Positions 1 through 34,170 of a DNA stretch of 64,000 bases are shown here, in pieces. The stretch spans positions 20,840,125 to 20,904,124 of the forward strand of contig CAVNZM010000001.1 in assembly GCA_963693365.1 (NCBI GenBank). Reading direction: 5' to 3'. The notes below the pieces were generated by a model. It was not told the DNA's origin, searched no databases, and saw nothing but the letters and a program-made list of their open reading frames with translations. Made by a program: the position numbers and the translations under genes. Every line of letters begins with the position of its first letter. Within the stretch, counting starts at the first letter, position 1. Source of the stretch: Amoebidium appalachense. Lineage: Eukaryota > Protista > Ichthyosporea.

Positions 1-74
1 CCTCAGTTTTCCCGTTTCGATTTTGCATGTCCTCACTACCTCACCGGATGAATATTTTTTACTTCGGTTTGTGT

Positions 75-113
<39 letters not shown>

Positions 114-314
114 ACGCACACACACACCAACGCCAGCACCACCACCAGCAGCACACGGTCTGGAATTATGTAAAGAGAATGAACAAAGAAGATAAGGCTC
201 TCTGGCCCCTCCTCGCCTGCCAGTCTGAATATTCTTCACATACCCACGTCATGCACACACGTTGTTGTTCCCAGGCCATTCTCTTATTTTCCTAACTTCT
301 GTGTGCATACACAG

Positions 315-518
315 GGATTGAGGAGGAAGATGAGGATGATGCGCCCGAGTTCAAGCCGATACCCCGCAAGGCCCGCACAGACACCATCACAGACCTGCCC
401 GCAGTCCAGGCCGTGGGCACCCCCAACGAATGGACATGGTGCGTGTCTCGTCGGGTGGTTTGGGCATGCTGGGTGGTGGATGACCAGGTCTAATGGTGGA
501 CCTTGGGGCCCATACTGA
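315..518 (+). CDS. Probable last two exons of an unidentified gene entering from upstream (exons 315-438, 488-518)
   Basis: CAG acceptor at 312-314. The frame IEEEDEDDAPEFKPIPRKARTDTITDLPAVQAVGTPNEWT has mostly G/C-ending codons. GTGCGT donor at 439, 49-nt intron ending CCAG at 487, then (W)SNGGPWGPY-TGA. No family recognised. Confidence 0.45.
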   Translation, partial: GLRRKMRMMRPSSSRYPARPAQTPSQTCPQSRPWAPPTNGHGACLVGWFGHAGWWMTRSNGGPWGPY

Positions 519-640
519 CGGCAAGATGCAGCATATATGCGTTGTCCTGGCACACTATTGGGATCCCGTCATGAACCCCCCCCCCCCCCCAAAAAAAAAA
601 AAAAAAAAAATAAATAATAAAAATAAAATAAACGCACGCG

Positions 641-699
<59 letters not shown>

Positions 700-966
700 A
701 CACGCACGCACGCACGCACACCTAAAAAAACAAAAACAAAAAAAAACACTCAACCCACCGACCACCCACCCAACCTTCACCTATCCACTACCCACCAGCC
801 CTGAAACGAAAAAACAAAAGAGAAAAAGCTGAAAGAAAAAGACGGAAAAGGAAAGAATGGAGAATGAGAACAACGAACAAAAGCAATGAAGTAAAAAGCG
901 ACATATTGCTAAACATACATCATTGACTAACGGTGATTAAACAACTTGCACACACACACACACACA

Positions 967-1061
<95 letters not shown>

Positions 1062-1109
1062 TTGGACACGTGCATCCACACGGATGAGACACGTGGACAA
1101 GTGAGCAAT

Positions 1110-1155
<46 letters not shown>

Positions 1156-3649
1156 TTCTCCAGGTCAACCTTCTGAAAGAACCGAAGCGAGACTTCTATT
1201 GGCATGCCTCTGCTGCACCACATCACACCAAGAGCCAGGTTTGGTGGTGAATTTAGTGCTTGTAGTGGGGCGGTCTAGAGAAGTAAAACATGCATGAACA
1301 GAGCTCGACATCAATCAAATATGAGTGTTTAGGGCAACAGACACATACACCCGGCTATACACTGTACAGACCACTGGCCTCACACTGACCACAGAAAACA
1401 TGGGGGAAGAATGGGGAGGAAAAATTTGGGGAGTCCCCCGGAGGGGAGGGGGGGGGGGAGGGGGGGGAGGGGAGGGAAGGGGGGGGGGGGGGAGGGGGGT
1501 TGCTTTCAGATCAAGGGCGCAAGATCACATAGACAAAACTTGCAGCCCGCCCTACTACTGGTATAGATCAAGTTGCCTTATTTTTTTTGGAAGCCCTTTG
1601 ACACACACTGTGCGCGCGTATGTTGGTCGGCACCACTAAGCCCCCAATGTGATAATGGGAAACATCACGAGTACAACACGTGTTGTGATGGCTGGCCTGG
1701 TGCCAAATGTCTTTGGTTTGTTTTGATATGTTAATGTCTGCGCCTCTTGCCTTCAAAATATAGATCGGAGTGTTTGCTTTGTTACGCAAATATTCCACTG
1801 GCCCATGTCTTACTTTCCTGGTCATGTATTTTATAACGGTACATGAATAAAATGTTGTGTTCGAGTGTGTTCGGTGACAAGGGCTTGAGGCAGCTGTTGA
1901 AGGGCCCTATGATGACGTCATTCAAGCCAGCTATGATTGGCCAAACGCGCACCAGAGCACCATATATGGTAATCAATACAAACCTTTTTAGGATGATAAC
2001 ACAGGAAGAAAGCGCTGGCCGGAGGTCCGGCGGATGATCGAAGGAGGGTAGTGAAAGGGCGCCGAAGAGTTTGGCTCCCTGGTGGCCATTACATGCATCC
2101 GATTCTCCACTACAACACGTAGGGGAGTGGCAAGTTGGCCAACCACCCACGCTAGCTGTCTCCAGCAGTGGCCTTGTGACAGCCCCAGGCCTGAAGAGGC
2201 CGGAGAGACAAGTAGGCCCAAGTGCCGCTGTGAAGTCGCGCGAGAACTTGGCGCGCGCTGGTCACTCGTGAGAGTCAAAGCGCACGCATGGATAAACGTG
2301 CCCTAAAACGTGTGCCTCCGGGCTTTCCTAGCCCGGGGTCACAGTGTGTCTGGGCAGTCACAAACTGGCCGAGAAGATGGAGTCGGGACTTGAGCAGTTA
2401 AACTGTATTCCATTACATAAGGCTTACACTCGCATCTGTGCACAGACCGCGTACGCTTTCTTCCTGCGCCGGTGACAGGGTCCGCCCTTGTGTGTGTGGT
2501 TTGCCGGGTTGCGTTTTTTAGCCCTGGTGTGTGCACGGTAGGTTGTAGCTATAGAGAACTTAGTTTTTCTGACCCTTGACATGAAGCGGGACCTATTTTG
2601 TACACGGTCTGAAGGTGGCTCCGAGAGCGACGTTTGCACCAAAGACATAAATGTACTCAATACGAATTTGAAACTTAAAAACTTAGACCAGCATATCTAG
2701 CTAATATTAGCTGTTCGAAATGAGCAAATTTCATCAATAAAGTTATGTTGTGGCTGTAGCCTAAACTGGCCCACCAATGCAGCTGCGCCGCACAGCTAAA
2801 CTTGCAACGGCAGCCGCAGTGCACTCGCCCTGCATGTATGTGCAACAGAAACCAAAAAAACATGAGTACTGACACAATACATAGTGCACATTACTTGCTA
2901 TTTTTTTTTCGGCATTAAATTATGGTTAGGTAGTTAACTACATACGCTATATTCTAAGCGTTTTTCTTGCTATGGTGCAGTAGCAACTGGGTTTATCCAC
3001 CCACACCAAGATCTACATATATCAAGATTAGGAGTGAACCGGAGCCAGGAAACTAAGAGTTAGCCTGCGGGAGATATGAACACATAAACACGCAGGCACC
3101 TAAAGCAACCTTTATGGGTAGCTATTTTGAGTATCTCTAAACCAGCAGGAATAAAGTGGACTGGCCACTCGAGGGAGTGTGTCCGTGTTGGGGGGTGATC
3201 TACCGTACCTCCTGGCAATTAGCTTCAAGACAGGTGGGTTGGTTGTTGGCTGGTACTCACACGAGTCAGAACACTGAAAATTGAACAGAAACAGTCACAC
3301 TAAAACAGAAAATTTGTTAACCCGGCCAGCGATGGTGGCACGCTGCCCAGTGCACGCACAAACACACGAACACAGACTCACGTATGAGTGCAAGCATGCA
3401 TGCATGCACCCACACACGCGGGTAAAGGCACGTATTCATACACACATACACATACACAAATGCACGCACATACACACAGGCACACATCACACACATACAC
3501 ATTCAACAGATAGACACAGTCACACATACAAACACCGTCACATTCACACACGTATACAGTCACGCATCCCAACACAATCACTCATCCCAACACACATTGG
3601 TGTGCACACACGTAAATGCACGCCATCAGCCGCTTGCCTGGGCAGTCAT

Positions 3650-23943
<20,294 letters not shown>

Positions 23944-24224
23944 CATGCCCCTCTACGACCCGACCCGATCCGATATGCATGGCCCGACTCGAATGTGGCA
24001 CCACCAATCGGCATCATCTGCCGGCCACGGGCCAAGCATATTCCCGACTGGTTGTGACACTGAACCCAGGCATGTGTTCGTGTCCTGCCATGTTAGAATA
24101 TCTTTTTCGAATAAGTCCGACTAGTGTGGCTTTTCTTTCATTCATCGAAATGTTGACTTATGCGCCTAAATTTATTCAATCACATGTTCTCTGGTAGGCT
24201 TGACCGTGTGCACACGTGCACACG

Positions 24225-24292
<68 letters not shown>

Positions 24293-24335
24293 CCCCCCCC
24301 CCCTCCCTCTCCCTCTCTCTCTCTCTCCCCCCCCC

Positions 24336-24375
<40 letters not shown>

Positions 24376-24453
24376 ATCATCTCTCCCCCTAAGTCACACC
24401 TTCAGAAAGTCTCTGGCATCCCCCCACCTGTAAGACACGTGCATGCTTTGCGC

Positions 24454-24510
<57 letters not shown>

Positions 24511-25165
24511 CCACACTGCTCCCTTTCCAGAAACATCCCCTTGTGCTGGCCTCTTCTTAATATTATCCTCGCTGGATTCCTTTCTGTTCAAATTGCTTTG
24601 TGTATGCAGGAATTTTCTTTTTGCATGAAAACCACCTTTACAACTTTGCGAACGAAATGAGCACACCTTTACTACGTCATGGATAGTTGTATGAAATCTC
24701 CTGTAGTAGACCCATGGCACATGTCCGTGTTTATTTTTTTTTAGACTAGAATAGTGGAGCACGTGTGTGCGCATATATGCACGGTGCTGCTAGTCGCGCA
24801 TGGGGATGAGCTGTGGACTGTTCCCAGAAGAATGCATGAATCGGCAAATATGATTGGGTCACGTGTAGGCAGCCAATAGTAAAGTGGTAATATTGTCGTG
24901 TTTAGACGGTTGAACTTCACCGTGCACAATATATGATGATACCGTATCGTGACCCCCCACATGGATTATTGAACATTGTTTGCATCTCCCCGTATGTATG
25001 TATGACCCACACCTTGGTATCTACGTACAAACGTGGTTTACATAGATTACAAAGAAAACATATGGCACAAATTTTTAGGGTCGGCCGGCGCCGCGTGCAT
25101 ATGTTTTTAAACACATGTATGTAGTCTACACAGAAACCTGCACGTATATCATCGTGACATGTGAG

Positions 25166-25281
<116 letters not shown>

Positions 25282-25631
25282 ACACAAAGGTAACCGGATC
25301 GATCATTGTGCTGCCACCCCTACGTATGACTGTGGCCTCAGCCGCCGTATGACCAAGTATATAATTAATTATTACGATACTCTATTTTTCAAGGGTATGA
25401 GTTGGCGCGCGATCAGTCGCTTCGGAAGGAGAGTTTTGTCAGAGCTGCAGCCTTGAAAAATAAGAGCTACCTCCAAATCGTGTTGTGCATGTTGTGCAGC
25501 ACGGAAGCCTTGACGCAGAAAGCTCACCAACACAAAACACGACTGGCACGTACGTGGACTCGGGACCCGGTGTGTGACACTGTGTGTATGTGTACGGTGT
25601 GTGTGTGCCGGGTTGGGGGTCTGTTGTTGTC

Positions 25632-25675
<44 letters not shown>

Positions 25676-26664
25676 TATATTTGTAGAATACTCTGCAGAT
25701 GACTGCTGGTGCTACTTAATATAGATATTGGTAACTCTAAAAATAAATGAGCTGCCGTCGAATCAGAGTGGTTCGCGAGCTTGCTTTATTTGGCTAGCCA
25801 CTCTGCCTCGTGACATAAAATGTCCTTGGCTGCCATTGGACCAGCTGGGTTTGTCATCAGCCTAAGGCTTGCCGCCCACAGGGTGTGATGCCGAAGATAT
25901 ACGCGCTGGGCCACCGGTGCCAAGCAACATGCTTTGTGATGTGTATGTGTAACTAAAGCACGGCCTTTACTCACGAAAGTGACTGTTACAGCCTAGATAC
26001 ATACATGTATACACTCTAGGTGTATTTTTTATTGTTATTGACCACTTAAAAAAATTAAAACGGGGATAACAAAGATCTCCGAAGTGCACGCTGGTATGCG
26101 GCGTGCCGGCTGATTTGTGTGAAGCTAACCAATGTTATTCGCGATTGCTTTGAAGGCGGGAGGGGTGCAAATTCCTCATTTATCCGGACAAGGTCTCGGC
26201 AGCCCAGGTGTGTCAATAGGTGTTTCCACAATTACTTGATCATAACATAAACACCATAGTAATTATGTTGTGAGTATTAACAGAACTATAATATTATGAA
26301 ACTTTATGTTGTAGCTCTCACAATATTTCCTCTGTAGCCATCATTTTATAGTTCAACACATGTTTGCTCCAGCACAATATCCGCTATCTGCCATGCCTCA
26401 GCCTAACCCACGAGTAAAGAGCACCCAGTGTTCTGATTGGCTTACCGCACACATAAACATCCGTTCCTTCGGATTTCCACCCCAGTCAGTCTGTGAGTCC
26501 CAAAGCAACGGCGCACTGCGCAAAAGTTTTTTTTTTTTTTTACCTGTTGTTCTTATGCATAGCCTCGTAGGGATCACTGTTACACTCCTCACCCAGCTAG
26601 GTTTTTCTTTATTGCTACTGCACATACACTAACACAATACTGCTATGGTCTAGCACACGCAACC

Positions 26665-29412
26665 ATGGCTCGCCTCACACTATGCCTCACGGCGCTGTTG
26701 CTTGCTGTGTCGGGTGCGCCTGTGCGGCGCCACGTTCGCCACAGCGGGCAGGCCCCCGAGGCCAGCAGCTACAACATGACGCTCAAAACACTTCTGCTTT
26801 CCACAGATAAGGGCATATCTAATGTGGCTACAACCATGCTTAATGCATACGGCCAGCCCTACGACCTTATCCCCCTAACACGAAAGGACAACGGCACAAA
26901 CACGCTCACAGACCCCATGGGTAGCTTTCTCGACGGGCTGGAGAAAAACGGTAACCCTCAATACAACTCGCTGGTCCTCACCTCCCCCCAACTTTCATAC
27001 GAGAAACCCGACCTATCGTGGGGCTCTGCGCTGAGTCCCGACCACTGGACACGTCTACAAACATACCTCGCGCGGTTTAACATCAGAACGGTTGTTCTCT
27101 CCTCTAGCTACACGGTCGACCCAGCCCTGGCTGCTGCCGACGACTTGACCAACGGCTTGGCGGACGATGCCGTGCTCTCGTTTATAGATAATAAGTACAC
27201 GCGGTCTATTATTGGGGTGGTCAATCCCGACGCCAAATTCACCCTGGGGCAGGTCAATCCGTTTGTCAAGACCGATTACTGGTACTACCCCACTAAGGTG
27301 AATGGCGATGCCCCCCACATCCAGCCCTTCATGTACCTCAACCCCGCTCAGGAGTGCGGAGTTGCAAACGCAAACACGACGAGCAACAACACCAAGGAGG
27401 ACCCCACCCTGCGTGTTATCACCCTCACAAACAACGTCACCCTGCCCTGCGGCAAGCGGGACTGGCTTGGTGCCTTCACACGCACCGTCAATGGCCGCGA
27501 GGAGATGCACTTCATGCTCAACCAGAACGTGTTTGGCCACCACGGCTTTGTGCTGGCCGACGTGTGGCTGCCCTGGGCCACCAGAGGTGTCTTTGTGGGC
27601 CAGCGCCGGCTGCTGCTCGACACACAGATCGACGACGTGTTCCTGTTCACAGGGCTGTTCAACACCCGCCTGGTGCGCCCGGCCATTGACGGTGACGAGG
27701 CCGGCTACCGGCTGACGGGGCTGGACATGGAGCTGCTGCGGCGCTACCAAAACGACCTCAACGACAGGCTGCCCGAGGGCTCGCGCTTTGTGGTGCAGAT
27801 GGCCTACAACGGTATGGGCTGGGACCGGTTTGGCAACAGGTCCATGTCGCAGAACAACGCCACGTTGGCCCTGCGGGACAACTTCTTCTGGCTCACACAC
27901 ACGTGGTCACACTTCGACCTGTACTGCCCCGACAGCAACTGCGAGAAGAACAACCTCACGCGCTACCCTGTGGCGTACGACGAGCTGAAGAGAAACAAAG
28001 ACTTTGGCGACCACGTGCTGTTTGCTGACGTGCCGGCAGACAAGCTGGACACGCGGCCCACATACTCGCCACACAGCATTGTCACACCGCGCATATCGGG
28101 CCTCAACAACAGCGAGTCCATCAAGGTACAGTGTGCGTGTGTGGGGGGGGGCGGGCAGGAGAGGGAGGGGTTTTGGTGGGGGGGGGGGGGAGGTTTAGAG
28201 GAGGGTGATCTGGCAAACTTTTATCTGAACAACACGGTGCATTAGCCCTCGCACAAGCACAGTGTCATTAGGATCTACTGTCATTTATTTAATGTCTGTG
28301 CCGAACCCAGATGGTGTGTGTCCACTCTTAACATCAATTTTCCAACAAAATACACAAACATGTGTGCGTGCGCACATACACACACACACACACGCACACA
28401 CACACACACCAACACAGGCTATGCGTGATCTGGGCATCATCTATGCTGTCGGTGACAACTCTCGTCTGGATCTTCTCCCCGCCAACCCCTACCACGCCCT
28501 GTGGACGCCCACCACGGACTCCCTCAACCGGTCCATGTTTGTGATCCCCCGCTACTCGCTGCGCATCTACTTTGACGTGTCGACCCCCGACCAGAGTGCG
28601 GCCGAGTTCAACCAGGTCTACGGGCCCAGGTGCTACGGCTACAACCGCACAGAGCCGGCCAGCTGGCCCTACCTGTGCAGCCAGAACTCGTTCAAGTACG
28701 ACCACAACCTGACGCTGGGCGAGATGCTGCAGATGGAGGCCTTTGAGTATGCCCGCACGCTGGCGCAGTACCGCTGGGACCCCTACATGTTCCACCAGGC
28801 CAATGTGCGCTTCACACAGGTCGATGGCCGCATGCAGTCCCTGCTGACCATGTGGATCGACGCCCTACTCAGCTATGTGACGTCATACAGCACGCTGCCG
28901 ATTGTGACGTACCGCATGGACGAGCTCAAGGACCACTATGTGGCCCGCATGCAGAGGGACGCCTGCGGCCTGCAGGCCCACGTGACCTATGTGAACGGTG
29001 TGCCCACCAGCATGACCGTGGCTGGCAATGGCACATGCACGGCCAAGATCACACGCACGGCCGGTGTTGGATTCATGTTTGGTGACGGAAAGGAGGAGGA
29101 GGCTTATGGCTTGGACCGCACACGGGACATTCTCATCAATGGCAGTAAGTTTACCTCCCCCTTCCCCCCCCCCCCCCCCCCCCCCTCCCCAACACACACA
29201 CACACACATTAGGCACGTGCTATCACCCCACCACCCACATGTCTTCACCTGGTTACTTTGTGCACAGGTGCATGCCATAGCTAACAGGCGCACACAAGGA
29301 GCGCAATGTACTGTTCACGTGCATAATACACCGCACCAACACACACAACCTCTCCAGCACTCACAGGTGTAATATATTAGTAATACCCACACACAGTGCA
29401 GAAAACCGCATA

Positions 29413-29448
<36 letters not shown>

Positions 29449-30131
29449 CCAGAAGGCATTCACCCACCCACCCGTTCTAACCACGTGTTCCTTCCACCAG
29501 GCGCTGTCACCGTTCCCCTCAAGCCGCTTGCTCCCGGGGCCAAAGACACCACCAACACCCTTCCCTTCCTCCCCTACCCGCCCGTCAAGCCGGCCAACAC
29601 CACGGAAATGACGTTCAAGTCGATGGATGACTTTAAGACACACGTCAACCAATCGTTCACCCAACTGGAGAAAGACCTGAAGGTGGCACTGCCGCAGGAC
29701 GAGTTGGACTTTGTGCCCGTGCTGTCAGCCTGGGCCAATGCACAGACCTGCTACGACTACACGTCAGACACGACTGAGCGGCTCAACATCAGCTTCATCC
29801 GGCTCAGAGACCTGCAGCTGGCCAAGGAGCAGGCCGAGAAGGAGAGCATCGATGCCTGGGAGAGGCGGGTCAACAACGCCGCTATGGCTGTGGCTGAGCT
29901 GCTGTCGGTGAGTGGCCCTGTGTGTCCTGGGTGTTGTGCTGGTGTGCTCTGGTGTTCGTTTAAAAGGTTGTGTGTGTGCTCAGACCTGAAGGGGTGAACA
30001 AATATAGAGTACATATTTGGACGGGTGCTCACAATTCTGATTGGAAGCAGGCACTTGTTTTGCATGATGTCCTTGGTCTTGAGCTTTTTCTCTATCTCTT
30101 TTCTTTTTCTTTTTTTTCTTTTTTTTGGCGT

Positions 30132-30191
<60 letters not shown>

Positions 30192-30532
30192 GAGACATTT
30201 GTGCATCCTCCAGTCAATTGATTTGGCGCACACACTCACACTCCTGCCTGCTGTAGGGGGATGCCGATGGTCTGCCATCCAACGCCAAGCAGTCGGAGGC
30301 ATCAGCGCTGATCCAACAGTCAGCCAATGACGTCATCAACAGGCTCAAGGCATACTCGGCCCCAGTGTTTGCAGCACGCAGCAAGCAGCTGAGCGATGCA
30401 AATGCTAGGCTGCAGCACCTGGCCACATGCACAGTGCTGGAGTATCCCCCCACACCAACAAGCACCGCACAGATACCCACACCCACGGCAAGTAGGTCAC
30501 ATTTCGTGGTGATGCCTACGGTAAGCGCATAG
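26665..30532 (+). CDS. Secreted Agd3-like (CE18) polysaccharide de-N-acetylase with a C-terminal extension; exons 26665-28125, 28418-29144, 29501-29907, 30257-30532
   Basis: Signal peptide MARLTLCLTALLLAVSG. Motifs recalled from Aspergillus Agd3 occur in order: WATRGVFVGQRRLLLDTQIDDVFL, WLTHTWSH (metal-binding HxxxH), TPRISGLNN, GIIYAVGDNSR, VIPRYSLRIYFD, WDPYMFHQANVR. All three introns are GT-AG and phase-consistent, and there are many N-X-S/T sites. Confidence 0.82.
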
Positions 30533-32141
30533 GAGCACGCGATAAGCTGAAGTGTCATTGTAAAGGAGCTTTATATTTTAATTAAGGACCACGTTGTATT
30601 AAACTTGTTTGTTTTGGGTTTTTATTGTATAGTTTATGCAGTATATTTTATCATTCAGAGAAAAAGAAAATGAAACAAAAACACAATCATATTCGAATCT
30701 GACCTGTGAATATTTGATGTGGTAAAGAACTTCCTTGGCTGTCCATGGCATGCGACCGTGCAACGATTTGTAGCCAGCGTATAGATATGTCAATGCAGCC
30801 GCGTAATTGGTTGCATGTCACGTAGGCAGAAAATCTAGGCAGGACCCATGTGTATCGTTGGTTTGTACTAACGAATATAGGACTTGTGCTTAGGTGTGAT
30901 GTATGAGATATGTTGGTGTAGTGATAGAGTGCCACCACGACTGGTGGAAACATGTTGCTGCTCCTAGAATCACCTAATAGTTTGATATGCGGTTCCCAAA
31001 CATTTAAAATTTGTAATAAGTCTAGACGACGTCGTGGTGTTCTTTGCTCAGTTTGTATCTAACAGTCGGACGGTATGCGGTAGGCCCAGTGTCTGTGGCA
31101 CGGCCCTAGAAAATGCAACACTTTCGTGCTTGGAAATCAACCAAGCAACTATTAGAATGAGAACAAATTATGAGCACTTGTCAGTACCTCGACGATTTAC
31201 ATGAACGCAATGTCTCCCCCCCCCCCCCCCCCCCCCCCGCCCCGGCGTGCCACCACCACCTCATGATCACTACCTCCTCCTGCTTTTCCATTTGCCACCC
31301 AGGAAAGCAAACAAGCCTTATAGCTGCAAGTTCTTCTTTAAAAAGATGTGAGAAAGAGGGGGGGGGGGGGGGGGCACTTCGATTTATGCCGTCTGCGACG
31401 TTGACAGAGGCCAATACTAATGGCCCAAACCTTCTAGTTTTGCGGCGCATGTTGGTTCCATGCAGCTTAAGCTTACGCTGGTGATATTGGCGGATGCGCA
31501 GGCATTCTAGAGCTAATGTCAAAACACTCGGCCGCGGTAGGCTGGTCTGCAGCTACGTACTATATATTGGGCAAGCTACCACGGTGATGGATTATGTTTC
31601 CTGGGCATATATCAGTGCCCTTTTCGCGAATTTGTGAGCCTCCTCCTCCTCCCCCCCCCCCCCCCCCTTCCACCCCCCCCTTCACACACACACACACACA
31701 CACACGCATGCATGCGCACACACATCTCACCACACAGACACGTGTATTATAAGCACGTGCGCAGGACCCCCGCCTCCGTCCCTCCCCCCCCCTCTCTCTC
31801 CCCAAACACCCACACACCCATCGCCGCGTACACGTGCACGCGCGCACGTGCACACACACACACACACACACAAGGTGCCTGGATGGTACACCGGCCAACA
31901 TATGGGTCGACAGATAATTTATTCGTTGCTGTACCAGACAGCACGACACGGCCGCAGTGTGCCTCAATGAAACGATCAAGACCAGCATCAAACCAGGCAA
32001 GCACTGTTAATAGACTTTGGTTGCAATCATCGCTCATGTTTCTTAGAGCAGTTAACCACAATGTCCCATTAAGCCCTGGTGGGGTGTTCGTCGTTTTCAA
32101 ATCGTTTTTGTACCCTCACACCTTTACCCAAACCCAGCAAG

Positions 32142-32186
<45 letters not shown>

Positions 32187-32264
32187 ACCTGCATATCCGG
32201 GGACAAACAGGACTAGTACTAAAACACATGTGTGCACGCACGCACGCGCGCGTGAGCGTGCGCG

Positions 32265-32303
<39 letters not shown>

Positions 32304-32357
32304 CCGGGGACAAACACGACTAGTACTCGGAGGCCATAGGAGAACGTGTCCATGTGT

Positions 32358-32422
<65 letters not shown>

Positions 32423-32702
32423 GTCGGTGTGAAGGGGGGGCACAAACAAAAACACAAAACACACACACACACCACACACCACACGGAGAGGAAGGAGGGG
32501 GGGAGAAAGAGAAGGGAGAGGGGGGGGGACGACGAGGAGGAGAAAGAGAGAGGGGCGGGGGGGGAGGGACAGGGAGAGGGAGAGGGGAACAGTGAGAGAG
32601 GGAGAGGGGGGGGGGGGGGAGAGAGAGAGAGCGAGGGAGAGCTAGGGAGAGAGGGGGGGGGCGGAGGGGGGGGGGGGGCGGGGAGGGAGAGGGAGAGGGA
32701 GG

Positions 32703-32708
<6 letters not shown>

Positions 32709-32790
<82 letters not shown>
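32709..32790. repeat. (GA)n microsatellite; similar tracts at ~45448-45540 and, as (CT)n, at ~59673-59770
   Basis: Read directly from the sequence. Confidence 0.95.
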
Positions 32791-32792
<2 letters not shown>

Positions 32793-33676
32793 CCCACGAT
32801 AAAAAAAGGAAATTGCCACCGTGCACTGACGCATAAGTGCACACACACACCATGTTCAGTTCCTCCTGCAACCGGCCGCAGCCAAAAGTACAAGGCTAAC
32901 AAGAAACGTAAGGGGAGGTGAAGAGATGGGCAAGCCTTATGCAGTGGGGTAGAAGGGGCCGAAGGTAGAGTTGGGGGAGAGAGAGGAGGGGGGGGGGGGG
33001 GGGGGGGGATGCAGGAACGAAGAACGGGGCAATAGAGATGAGAACAAGAGGGGGAACAAAAGGGGAGAAAACAACGAAGAGGGTAAGAAGCAACACTGAA
33101 CAGATTCCTAGAGTGCTCTCTCCATAACCCTGCCCCCTTCAAGCACCCGTTTGTTTCATCAACACTACCAAGACTGAACATAACAAGCCGTGTTCTTTGC
33201 TCCAAGCAGCCAAGCTATGGCCGTGTCTAGCAGCACAGCAAGGCAGAGCAACTAAAGGACATAGCAGGCACACGGCTGTCCCCACTGCTTCACTCAACCC
33301 AGAAGTGTCATACCTTATCCGTTCTCTTAACAGCCCATACTTTGCTGGTTCCCCTCTAAGCTCTGCCGATGCTGCACAGCCTTTGCCCCTTTGTCCTCGT
33401 ATCCCCATCCCCTAACACATCCTTTGTGTACGTCTTCTTGCTCTCTCCCCAGTCGTCCAGCCAGTACGTGTATGCGTTGTGTTTCTATTCTCTCACTCAA
33501 TCCTTACTAAATCATGCCCTCGTGAGTATGTGTTCTATTGGCGCGTCGGTGAATTAATCCCTTGCCTCAACTGCGCAGCTAACTCTCTCAATTCCTGCCT
33601 CTCTTGCCTCTCTCTCTTCCATCTCCCCCCTTACCCCCCCCCCCCCCCCCCCTTCGCCCCCTCCCCTCGCCCTACA

Positions 33677-33725
<49 letters not shown>

Positions 33726-34170
33726 CCAACAATTGCAAGCCGTCACGCCATGGCCCAACACACTTCGCTCACAAACTTTGATCCTTTCAGACTTCAGACT
33801 TTCAAACAGAGAACACAGAGGGCCGTGGATGACGCCCCTTTGCCCGTTGTGCACCAATCACAGACAGAGAACGCAGCACAAAGTTCCGTAAAACCTAAAT
33901 TATATAGGAAAAAATAGGGGTTTATGCTGATTGATGTCAGATTTAATTTAGGGGTTTTTAAGGTTTAAATATTTTTACAAGAAACGATTTTTATTTATGC
34001 CATAGTTCAGGTCGGGAGCCACAATCCAAGCGTTTGCCGAGCCACGAGGAAAAGTGAATGAAATCACGAAACAGCACTCACAAACACGCACACACGTAAC
34101 ACGCAAACAGGGGGCACACGCAGGGGAGACAGGCAGAAAGAGGCGCAGTTAGTTTAGACAGCACGCCAAT

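Noticed and set aside
430-518. WWE-domain-like WTWSNGGPWGPY with possible TGA readthrough or recoding
   Set aside because: The downstream sequence does not continue the WWE pattern, and no modelled gene in the window needs an in-frame TGA.
576-610. Telomere-like C/A repeats or retroposon poly-A tails
   Set aside because: These are single compound homopolymers without a periodic unit, element body or target-site duplication.
1164-1250. Possible exon VNLLKEPKRDFYWHASAAPHHTKSQ after a (CA)n-CCAG acceptor
   Set aside because: It cannot be joined in phase to the 315-438 exon without an early stop, and I recognise no homology.
1780-2660. Several short ORFs in non-repetitive sequence upstream of Rictor
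   Set aside because: No recognisable motifs, consistent codon bias or coherent splice chain.
31875-31996. Exon-like segment after a (CA)n tract with a GCAAGC donor
   Set aside because: The most coding-like frame contains a stop, and no partner exons could be linked.
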